NCBI GenBank assembly: GCA_951406725.2
Contig: OX597814.1
Coordinates: 205,840,001 to 205,904,000 of the forward strand
Direction: 5' to 3'
DNA: 64,000 bases
Source: Octopus vulgaris
Taxonomy: Eukaryota
The position numbers and the translations under genes were made by a program. This document shows, piece by piece, positions 13,146-27,465 of this stretch (within the stretch, counting starts at the first letter, position 1; each line of letters starts with the position of its first letter). A model generated the notes under the pieces. That model saw only the letters and a list, made by a program, of their open reading frames with translations. It was not told where the DNA came from and did not search any database.

Positions 13146-13592
13146 CTTGCTAAGAATGGCCTATTGTGTAAAAATCCAAACAAACGACGTCCTTTGTACC
13201 ACGTCCTTTGCTAAAATAGCTAGTAGGGGAAAAATATAGCGACTGCTCTATTATTGGAGATGAAAAATTTCACAGCCATTCTGTGGATGCTGTGGAAAAG
13301 AGCGAAACCTCAAGAGAAATCAGTGAGGGATTCATCAAGTGTTATATTCTTTAGACCTACAGTATCCAACATAGCAACAAGACAGCAAAAGTCTAGTGAA
13401 AATACGTACAGGTAGAATTTCCCAGGTTGGTATATGTGAAGAGTTTGCTTTCTAGGGTGATAGGTGTGTCGGGTGGGTGCCCATCCATGTTTCGGGTGAA
13501 ATGGATGTCTAATACTTAATGCCTTGTTTAATATACCCACTATATTGATAAATATACGAGTGCATATATGTTTCCTTGACCTTTGGATTTTC

Positions 13593-13649
<57 letters not shown>

Positions 13650-13656
13650 ATATCTA

Positions 13657-13695
<39 letters not shown>

Positions 13696-13903
13696 TACAA
13701 AATTAAAAAATGGAGAAACATACTTAAATCAATCAAACATCAACCATCAGATGATACCCAAACAATACTTTATTACACCATTACATAACAGTAAAGGCAT
13801 TATACAAAATATATTGTAAATATAATTAGACAAGGAAATAGAAATATAAAATATAAAATATAATATGTAATTATATCATATCTGACAGCTGTTTCGGCAA
13901 TAA

Positions 13904-13953
<50 letters not shown>

Positions 13954-14051
13954 GGTGAGTACTTGATAATTGTAAGCACCTGTATATACCGTTTGGTGGT
14001 GTAGGTGGTGGAGTAAATTAATCAAAATAAAAACATGATGCCAAGGATTCA

Positions 14052-14129
14052 GCGGTACATATGTTTCGGGCCTTTATTAGACGGATTTATAACAATGCAT
14101 AATGTGTATCTATGGCCTTCTTCAGCCGC
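14052..14129 (-). ncRNA. Minimal type I hammerhead ribozyme inside a ~250-bp (TA)n-flanked element (13951-14199)
   Basis: Minus strand GCGG-CTGAAGA-AGGCC...GGCCC-GAAA-CATATG-TA-CCGC. Palindromic stem III ACATATGT; first stem II pair is mismatched. Confidence 0.8.
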
Positions 14130-14197
14130 GCACAATTACTATTTCAAGGATATGTATTACATCAAAAATTCTACGTTGGGGATTCATATATATATTC

Positions 14198-14252
<55 letters not shown>

Positions 14253-14253
<1 letters not shown>

Positions 14254-15923
14254 TAGCAGAGTTACCCGGCGTTGCCCGTGTTACATACAATTGAAGAATT
14301 AGACTTTTTGTAATATTTTCTGTAATGAACTGGAATACCTATGTTTCGAATTTCATCAAAATTACAGATGAGGGTTATTTCCCTCTTTACACACCCTAAA
14401 AAATTGTAATCGTGCCACATGTATCCCATAGTACTGATTTTTATGCGCATATTCCAAAATTCCAGTCTTATAGAACCTGTTAAAAGGATTTTGCTCCTGT
14501 AAAATGGAGCTCACGGAGCTCTAAAATGTTAAGGCCCCTATTGGGGGTGGGTGTCTTAATGTCAACCAGAGAAGTTGAACTTTTGAGAATCTTTTTTACT
14601 TGGGTCTTATATGTACAGCTTGAATTTCTTTGAAATAGGAAATATATGTTCACTGGATTTGTAGAAGGGAGCAAAGCTACAGGAAACCAAACGATGAATG
14701 ATAACAATAAGCAGTCAGCTACAGTACCCTAGTCGTTACCACTCCCAATGTAGGATTCCTCACCATCCAGGTGACAGGCACAGCCGTAAGATGCATTACG
14801 AATCTATAGCAATTGGTAGGGCGTGACCCATCTGAAATAAACATTAACAACTATGTGACGTGATGGCCAAGGAGAAATGAAAGTTGGAATTTACAAATGA
14901 CCACTATGCTGATACGTAACTGGACAGAATAAATTTACAATCTATAAATGTCTTTGAATAACCAGTCACTCATCTGGGAAGGCCTTGAAATCAATGTTAC
15001 CATCTAGGGACTATGTGTGACCCAGTGATAATAAAAAGACTGAAAGGAGGTCTGCTAATCAAATAACTTTACTCCACACTTTGCAACTGAATTAGTGGAA
15101 ACAAAGATGCCTCTCATTTACTTGACAATTTATGCAGCACATTGCAGAAATCACAATTTAAGTGTATGTCAAAGCAAACTGTTACACTGTTGTACCATTG
15201 AATTACAAATAATGCTTATCTGATATGCTCGGATGGCCCCACAGCTTCCAAGAGCACAACTCCATTTGTCTTTGCTTAGATAAAATGACTAAATTGTGGG
15301 TGTTAAGTCCCCATGAAGGGGTCTTTCTAACTTGTAAGAAGATGAAATTTTATATTACTTCATTTGTATCAAATATCTATAGTTAAAATTTCATCAACAG
15401 CAAAAATACATGAATTGCCATAGGGGGTTATGGCCGTTATGCATAGAATTTAATTTCCAAATTTCGTAAAGATCCATTCAGTACTTTTGACTTAGTTTTG
15501 GATCATAAAAGAAATGACTAAAATTTGGGAGTTAAGGCCCCCCGTTAGGGTGTCTTAGAATCCTCATGTGAAGTGGAAAATTTGAGAATACTTCTTGATG
15601 TGTGTTAATTACCCATGGCTGAAATTTCATCAACATCGAAAATTTATGAATTTTCACGGGGGTTCTGCCCCCTTTAAGCCATTTGAAATTCAAGCCAAAC
15701 ATTTTGTATTTTACCTGCACTAATGCATTGAATATAAGTGTCAAATATCATAAGGATCCATTTAGTAATTTTAGTCCATGAAATTGTATGAAACACACAG
15801 CATTACCCTTCTTCCCTAGGGTTGGATTTTGTGTTCCAAATTTTATGATGATCGGTGCAGCAGTTTTCGAATGTATAAGTGACACACGAACACACATAAA
15901 GACATTGACTTTGATATAAAAGA
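14253..15923 (-). mobile_element. Non-autonomous Helitron (~1.67 kb)
   Basis: Minus-strand 5' end A|TCTTTTATATCAAAG. 3' hairpin CGGGCAACGCCGGG followed by CTAG|T in (TA)n; same 3' motif as the large Helitron. Confidence 0.8.
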
Positions 15924-15936
15924 TATGAATGTGCAC

Positions 15937-16063
<127 letters not shown>

Positions 16064-16169
16064 ATGTTTGTGTCAATTATATATATATATAGAAACACAC
16101 ACACAAAGATAAATTGATAGATACACCTGAGTGGGCAAACAAAAATATGAGATAGCCTAGTGCTTTTTT

Positions 16170-16490
16170 CATGTTGATAAGCCTAGTATTTATTCTATTA
16201 GTTTGTTCTTGTGAAACCAGTAAGTTATGGGGATGTAAATAAACGAACAGCAGTTGTGAAGCAGTGATGAGGGCGAAACACAGAAATAAAGTCACACACA
16301 TACACTTACATATATACATACATATATATACGATTGATTTCTTTCAGTTTCTGTCTACGAAATCCACTGACAAGGCTTTGGTTGGTGTGAGATTATAGCA
16401 GAAGATATATGCCAAGTCACCACACAGTGGGACTGAACCTAGGACCATGTGTTTTGGAAACCAAGTGTGTTACCACACAGCCACACCCGC
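16170..16490 (-). mobile_element. Degenerate tRNA-derived SINE (same family as 3955-4412)
   Basis: Shares AAATCCACT.ACAAGGCTTTGGT...CAGTGGGACTGAACC...CCACACAGCCAC. Confidence 0.75.
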
Positions 16491-16599
16491 ACTATGTACG
16501 TGTTTGTGTATATGTGTATGGGTGTATATATGTATGTATGTATATATGTGTATATATGTGTGTGTACATATTACATGTACATATATATATATATATATA

Positions 16600-18015
16600 T
16601 ATAATCAACTAATAAGGGTGAGAAAATTGGATACTAATTTAATAGTACATCCATTTAACACCAAGTGGCTTAGTGCTTAAAAAACCTGGATTTCGATAAA
16701 TTTTTACATAAATATAAGAGAGTAACCACTATGTGGTCGACTCTAGCACTAAAAATAGATCCGCTAGGTTTCAGCCACAAAGAATTGTTTCCGATGAAAG
16801 TTAGCACGACTACTAGCGCAAACGAACAAGGCAAATAAAAATAACAAAAATGCAGATTAGTTCAGGACAATTGTTTCGCTATTAGTTCAGGACAATTGTT
16901 TGTGGTAGGGGCAGTAAGAATCGCTATGCAGGTTTAGTGTGACATCTAAGAAATTTGCCTTGGTAAGTTCGTTATCAAAAACTATGCTCATGCCCATCCT
17001 ATTAAATAACCTAGCTAATCTACTTTTAGTTTTCTGTATCATTCTATTCGGGGTGTTCTGTAGGTAAAACAGACAATCGTCACGATATAGGCCGCCTCCG
17101 ATGTCCGGGAATTGGTCGGATAATTCATAGAGAATATAGATTCCGACCAAATCGGCAATCTGGGCGCTATCTGAACTTCCCATAGGTACATCGAACTCGT
17201 TGGGAGTATCCTTACGAACCCATAACTTGTCTTCAAACTGTATAAAGGATTTTCTGGCGACTAGAATTATATCAATTTCTTCTCTTGTGAGGCCTGCCTT
17301 ATTATGTGCATGCCACAGGGCCTTATTGAGTACACTAGGGTTAATCGAGGGGTAGAAATTAGCAATATCGAACTGAATGAACTTAGTTCTGTTTTTATTA
17401 GGGATAGAAGAGAACCACTTTACGACTTGCGATGAGTTCGCCCAAAGGTTAAGCTTAAGCTTATTAACTAAACTAGGAATGTATTTGTCTAAAATGTACG
17501 TACTGATGGAACCGATGTCGGAACTAGAAGGGCATATGAGCCTTAATGCTGGATTGGTGTGGAAATTTGGTTTGTGGTCCTTAACGATGAATCTAGGTTG
17601 TCTTGGGTTAAGCGGTTGTGTTCTCATTTGAAGCCCATAATTTACCATAATTTTCTTAATCTCCAAGTTAACTCTTCTCATTGTATTCTTATTTGTAGTT
17701 CTTATAGTTCTTCTGGATCTCTTTCCTGAGTAATTCTAAGTACTGGTTTATAGGTATCTTGTAAGTGTTCCTTGTTTTGTCAGATTGGACCAGGATTCCG
17801 TCTGAGCTGTTGATATCCTTAGTAATTTTCCCTAGGTATCTGAGGTGTTTATTCCTACGGGGCGACTTCCTGAATTTAATGCTCCTTACAATGCCCCATA
17901 AGTCGTCCTCAAATTTCTTCAGTCTGGGGTTAGGTGGTGGCGTCTCCATCGACTTGAAAAGCTTCTTATATTCGGATGATGTTACGGACCGGTTCTGTTT
18001 TAAATCCTCGTTATC
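16600..18015 (-). mobile_element. Penelope-like element: RT fragment joined to a pseudo-LTR
   Basis: ORFs 17689-17949 and 16887-17681 contain KDHKPNF...LRLICP, FDIANFYPSI, FDVPMGS, GLYRDD and NFLDVTL. The downstream terminus is homologous to 10857-11160 and starts with the hammerhead 3' half TAGCGAAACAATTGTC. Flanked by (TA)n. Confidence 0.88.
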
Positions 18016-18059
<44 letters not shown>

Positions 18060-18113
18060 TGGCTGCTCTTTCTGGTGGACGAATGGCCTGTTTAGGCCAT
18101 TCCTAAATTGTTA

Positions 18114-18144
<31 letters not shown>

Positions 18145-19441
18145 GGCCTGAGAGCGAGATATTCACATTGGCGGCGGATACAGGAGTTCTGAAAGTATAT
18201 TTTCCAAATACAGTATTTACTAGATGTAGGGGTGCGCTGGATTCAGGATGGAGACGGCAAAAACGGCTGTGGCACCGAGGATATGTATATAATCTTTTAT
18301 TCTTTTACTTGTTTAAATCATTTCACTGCGGCCATACAGCAGCACCGTCTTCTTGATGAGTGTGTGTTTGTTTGCGTGTGTGTCAGTGTCTGTGTATGTG
18401 TGTGTGTGTGTGTAAGAGTCTTTCTAAATATACTTGATATTGTCCCAATGTTTAATGAAAGTTCTTCTAAAATTTTATTGTGTCTGGGTTTGACTCATTC
18501 TCTTTTAGTGTTTTTTTTATTACTTTTGAAATTTATTAACTGTTTAAAAGTTATTTAGAGAATAGAATGTCACAAAGCCTTTGTCTGTATTTTGTATGTA
18601 ACCGCTTTCGTTGTTGAACTTCTACAAAACACATGTTCTGGGGTAATGCGTGTAGAGAAAGTTGTTTTTGTTTATGGGGTTGAGGATTTCGGGTTTAGCT
18701 TCAGATTGAGAAGACTTATAAAGTGCCTTTCATAGCTGGACATTTTCGTCTTATATTTTGTAAAAAGGGAATATTTTCTATTTTCCATTTGCACAAATGT
18801 TTACATGTTTATTACGTGGACAATTTCTAAAAGATGAATTTTTAATTTACTATTTGAGGACGTTCACACGGTTGGTGAAATTTGTTTCTGTTCCTCCAAT
18901 GTAATTCTCGTCGAATTGTAGGCAAGTAATGCAGAAGATGTGACGTTTTGTTTTGAAATTCATGTTTGCATTCATTTGCAATTCCTCTAAGTTCTTGATT
19001 TTGAGGGTTGTTCATTTTTCAATTCTTTTGACAGACCCAACAATGAGTCTCAACTGTTTGAGTAATACACATATATACACACACCCTCCCACAACCACAC
19101 CCTCATTTACACACACAAATACGGAAATGCTTTGAGAGAAGTATGACAAAGCGCCCAGAGACATGGATTCCGAGAAGAAAGACAAACAACGTTATAGTCG
19201 ATATCAAAATAAATTCTTTATTCGATTCGAAACAAAATAAACAAAAACCTGGATAAAACCAGACAGAAAGAAAATATTAAGCAATGAAGAATTGTTTTTC
19301 AGATTGTCCATTTAGATGTATATATGTGCGTGTGCGTGTGCATGTAAGTCGATAAATGAAATACCAGTGAAATACTGGAGTCGATATAATCGACTAGTGA
19401 ACGCCCCACAAATTTCAGGGTTTTATGTCTCCACTAGAAAG

Positions 19442-19445
<4 letters not shown>
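18145..19445. repeat. Duplicated 3' flank of the 740-aa gene unit (copy of 35358-36657)
   Basis: Near-identical text and translations (18232 vs 35445; 18953 vs 36168). Confidence 0.95.
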
Positions 19446-19510
<65 letters not shown>

Positions 19511-20176
19511 CATTATGATTATTATCGATAATTTTTTGATGTTTCGGACCGATGCTCTCCATAAGAAAGGAGTGAACGGGGAAAAAAGCGGGAGAGAATA
19601 AAAGAGTGATGTGTTTCATGTGCTGGTTAGAATGTGTCTGGGCGTATGAAATTTGTATTTGTGTGGCGTTTATTATGTGTGTGTGCAAACGCATAGGCAT
19701 CTGGGGATATATTTGAACGTGTGTGTGTGTATGTGTACGACTAAGCTAGTGTGTGCATTGTGTGTATTGTTGTGTATGGTGATGATACCTATTTAGCCGG
19801 TGTGGGTGGAGGAGATGGGCAGTCGAATATGGGACGTGTGTGCTAATCTGAGTGGGTTGGGTATGAGATGAAGAGAAGTGACGAATTATGACCATTAGGA
19901 GCAAAATAATGAAGGGAAAACATTGATTCCTTTTCACAGCGAAGGCGGGAGTCAAGTACAGACAGATGTGTGTATATACATAAGAGGGATGATCACTATG
20001 AGGACATCCATTATGCTAGAAGTTGACCCACTATGGTCTTGCTCTAGCACAATGGATAGCCACTTAGTGGTCATCTCTCATATATATGTAATGTAATTTT
20101 TCAGTATGCTAGACAACTGGATTTAAATTGATATTAATCAAGTTAATAATCAAACTTTCACCCTTATTATTTTAAA

Positions 20177-20222
<46 letters not shown>

Positions 20223-20914
20223 AAGAAAAAACCTTTTATCAATTCAAAAGGAATAATTAAATTACACCATTTAGAAAATTACATATAATAGAAAAGTTAA
20301 AATTAAAATAACAATTAAAAAGTAAAGATTAAGTAAATTACAAAAATAATATAACGTATATAGTAGGTAGAAAAACAAAAGGATAAGCGTCTAATTAATC
20401 AACTCAATCAATTTCATTCATGAAAATACAATCAAAACTTTGAAAAAGTACAAATACACTCAAATCCATTATATAAATTCGTTTTATTAATTTCCATGTA
20501 TAAAATCTATAGATTTAATATATCACACGATAAAAAGTTAAACATAAACATTATATTAAAAAAAAACTAGTATATTTAAAAAAAGTACAATTTAATGAAA
20601 ATATTATCTAATTATAATAAGAAATAAAGTCTAACCATTGTACATTCTCAAATTAAATGATATGTAAAACGTAAAATCTTTTATAACAATTAAACATCGG
20701 ACGTAAAAAATACTATCAAGAAACTATAAATAAAAAAATATTACACCAAACAAAAGTAATAACAACAATAATATGAAATTCACAGCAGTACAATAATCAA
20801 ATGAAATATAGAAACGATAAAATAAAATCAGACTTAGCTTTAGTATTTCTAAATTGAATTCTTTTTCCTTGTAAGTTTGGATTTTATTCCCTCAAATAAT
20901 ATATATATATATTT

Positions 20915-21621
20915 TTTCATCCTTTGTACGGCCACACCTTGAATACTGCTGCCCACTGTGGTCTCCTCACACAAGACAAAACATCTCCAGAATTGAGTCA
21001 CCCCAGAGGGCTCTCACTAAACAAATTGAAGGCATGGCTGCTCTCGACTATTGGGATCGCCTTAAAGCCTTGAAACTTTACTCCCTCCAGCGTCGCCGTG
21101 AGCGGTACATCATTTGTACGATGTGGAAAATATACCGCCAACTTTGCCCAAACGACCTAAACATTAGCTTCAAGGTTCATCCGAGACTTGGACCACGGGC
21201 TATACGTCCCCTGCCAAATTCAAGATCACAACATACATGTACACTGCAACATAATTTCTTTTCCTCAACAGGCCCTGCCCTATTTAACATTGTCCCGAGG
21301 GAGATCAAAGAGGAAAAGGATCCCATCAACTTCAAACAGAGTCTGGATAGATTCCTTCAAAGAATACCAGACAAGCCACCCATAATTGGATACAACTCAC
21401 CCAACAAGAACTCACTACTTGAACAAAACTGGATACAACTCACCCAACAAGAACTCACTACTTGAACAAAACTGGATACAACTCACCCAACAAGAACTCA
21501 CTACTTGAACAAAACTTGACTTAAACAGGATTCGAGTAATCCTATCAGGTAGTGCTATTAAGTTAGACATGGCCTGGACCAATCTCTGATCGAAACATAT
21601 CTAAGTTTTTTTTTTATCTAA

Positions 21622-21627
<6 letters not shown>
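20915..21627 (+). mobile_element. 5'-truncated CR1-group LINE (ORF2 C-terminus, 3' UTR, ATCTAAGTTTT tail)
   Basis: RPHLEYCCPLWSP...YWDRLKALKLYSLQRRRERY...GPALFNIVP. (TA)n on both sides. Confidence 0.85.
21387..21515 (+). repeat. 43-bp tandem repeat x3
   Basis: TGGATACAACTCACCCAACAAGAACTCACTACTTGAACAAAAC starts at 21387, 21430 and 21473. Confidence 0.95.
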
Positions 21628-21705
<78 letters not shown>

Positions 21706-21739
21706 AATATAAAGATAGTATAAACAGTTATAAAAATGG

Positions 21740-22480
21740 AGAAAAGATGTTAAAAAATCAAAATTGGATTTAATACATACGAACGATCAAAGATCAATAC
21801 AAATATGTAAGAAAATATTATTGTTGTTAAAGTTTTATTATAGTTAAAGTTATGTATTTTCATACTCCCCAGTGTGGAGAATTTAGGAAGAATATCAAAA
21901 AAAATTATGAATGAGAATCAAGAATGAAACACAAATGGCGTAATAGGGAAGATTTCACTGGATATTTACAAATAAGTTGTAAAAGGGGAAAATAAGAGAA
22001 ACGAAAATGCAAAATATATCAATGTGTCTGCAAGTCTATTTGTGCAATAATCATCTATAACTTAATATGTCTAAAGGATATATTTAAAAAAGAACGTGAT
22101 GTTTATATATGCTAGACACGTGTCTTTGTTTTCTTGTTTACACTATGATCTTTTACTATTATTTGCTCCAATTATCCTTTAGACATTTAAAGTTATAGAT
22201 TTTTTGCAGAAAGAGACTTGCATATACATTGATATGTCTTCCTTTCTCGTTCCTCATATAATTTTTTTCATTTTTACAACTTATTTATAAATATTCGGTT
22301 AAATTTTCCCTATTAAATAATTTAGTTTTCCCTCATTTTAAATAATAATTATTTTTGATGTTCTTCCTTAAATTCTTCACACTGATGAGAATGACAATAC
22401 ATAACTTCAATTATAATTCTTCTTATTATAATTTTTCTTACATATTTGTATTGTTTTGTAGTTCGCTTGAAGTATTGTGT
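21740..22480. repeat. Imperfect long inverted repeat (fold-back element) between microsatellites
   Basis: For example, ATCTATAACTTAATATGTCTAAAGGATA (~22052) mirrors TATCCTTTAGACATTTAAAGTTATAGAT (~22173), and ACAAATAAGTTGTAAAA mirrors TTTTACAACTTATTT. Confidence 0.7.
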
Positions 22481-22481
22481 A

Positions 22482-22551
<70 letters not shown>

Positions 22552-22632
22552 GTCAAAATGCGATAAAAATTATTATCGCCGGTGATCTAGCACAAAAGAC
22601 ATTTTAGCCATAGGCTATATGTTATTCATATG

Positions 22633-22784
22633 TAAGTACATTAAAAGGCTTCTAAAGGAAGAAGTGAGTACTAGATACACAAAAGTTGGATAAATTCAGT
22701 GAAATGTAATTTTCATTTCACTGAATTTATCCAACTTTTGTGTATCTAGTACTCACTTCTTCCTTTAGAAGCCTTTGTAATGTA

Positions 22785-22788
<4 letters not shown>
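22633..22788. repeat. Near-perfect hairpin with ~74-bp arms and a 7-nt loop
   Basis: TAAGTACATT...TTCAGTGAAATG-TAATTTT-CATTTCACTGAA...AATGTACTTA. Confidence 0.92.
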
Positions 22789-22842
<54 letters not shown>

Positions 22843-22866
22843 AATTTATATATATATATATGTATG

Positions 22867-22912
<46 letters not shown>

Positions 22913-22989
22913 TGTATGTATGTATGTATGTATGTATTTATGTATAGGAGATACATGAGTGTGTTTGTGACTGTGAGAATGCCCAGAAC

Positions 22990-25841
<2,852 letters not shown>

Positions 25842-27049
25842 GTTTATGGGTTTTTCTTCTTTCAAATTTGCTTCTATTTCTTGCCGAGTGTCTTCCCGAA
25901 TCCTAGGGCAAAGAAACTCATAGTATACATTGGTAGGCCATTAAACCAAACTCAATAGTTCGTTCATTTTTTTTTTTTATTAAAGTTAAATTAAAATACA
26001 TGAGCAGCAACAGTTCTCACATCGACAGTGCTCTTCTCAATACATGTGATGTACCAGTTAAGACAATCTTTTGCACTTCTTGCAGGGATGGTAAGCCAGG
26101 GATCATTCTCATATAATTTTCGGTTCCCTTCTTGATCATTCCTAGTGCTCCTACGATCACTGGTATTGTAACCGCCTTGAGATGCCACATTTTCTCAATT
26201 TCAATGAGCAGGTCTTTATATTTTCTGAGCTTGTCAAACTCTTTCGCTGAGATTATTATGATCACAGGGGATGCTCATGTCGATCAATAAGCAAACTTTA
26301 TTGTTTTGGTCTTTCACAACAATATCTGGTTTATTGGCTTTGATGGTTCGGTCTGTATGTACTGGAAAGTCCCACAGAATGGTTACATTTTCTCCTTCAG
26401 TTACAGCCTCAGGGTGGTGATTATACCACTTGTCGGCAGTTTTGATATTGTAATGCCGACTTATTAGCCAGTGTAGATATTGGCCAACTCTGTCACGTCT
26501 TAATTTATACTCCACTGGTGCTAACATCCGTAAGAGCCTCGGCGGCACCCTTTTTGTTCAATGGGAAAATATCGTTCTTCTCCATGAATGCATATGTTTT
26601 CTCCGCCAGGATAGATGTTAGGATTTTATACGTGGTGGATAGACAGGTTTTAGGCCGATAGTTCTTTGGAAGTTTGGTTTCGTTATTCTTTGGGAGTAGG
26701 TAGGTAATACCACTTGCTAACCATTCAGGTGTTTTCTTTGGATCTCTCATAATTCCATCGAGCAGCTGAATTAGCTAACCGTGTGCGCACGGGAGCGATG
26801 AGAGCCAGAAATTCGGCACCCTATCTTTACCGGGGATTTCCAATTATGGGCCTTCGTGAGTGCCTTTCTTAGGTCTGCTATTGTGATGCCTTCCCATGCT
26901 TGTTGTTGTAAATTTTGGTAGGATCCTTCTGTTTGTATAATCCAGTCTGCATTTATGTTGTACGTCTTCTCGTCACTCCAAATCCTTTCCCAAAAGTTTT
27001 GAACTTCTTCCATGGGAGGGGGTCTTTAACGGTTACTTTCTCCTTCCCT
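25842..27049 (-). mobile_element. R4/Dong-like retrotransposon, 5'-truncated with the RT core deleted
   Basis: YLLPK...PKNYRPKTCLST joins directly to LAPVEYKL...WDFPVHTDRTIKANKPDIVVKD...LLIDMSIP...KYKDL...IPVIVGALG. Near-identical to 58650-60559 where they overlap. Confidence 0.9.
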
Positions 27050-27079
27050 ATTATTATTATTATAATAATAATAATAATA

Positions 27080-27124
<45 letters not shown>

Positions 27125-27126
27125 AA

Positions 27127-27180
<54 letters not shown>

Positions 27181-27209
27181 TATTATTACTATTATTATTA
27201 TTATTATTA

Positions 27210-27252
<43 letters not shown>

Positions 27253-27284
27253 CATCATCATCATTATTATTATCATTGTTATTA

Positions 27285-27366
<82 letters not shown>
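27050..27366. repeat. (ATT)n microsatellite ~100 bp downstream of paralog 1
   Basis: Directly visible; equivalent to 36657-36718. Confidence 0.95.
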
Positions 27367-27465
27367 GTTATACAGTGTAGTGAATAATCCATAAAGCACA
27401 CTTATGTACTTTTCATCGTATCGAAGAATATCAAATAACTTGATAAACTTCTGCCGTGATGTTTT

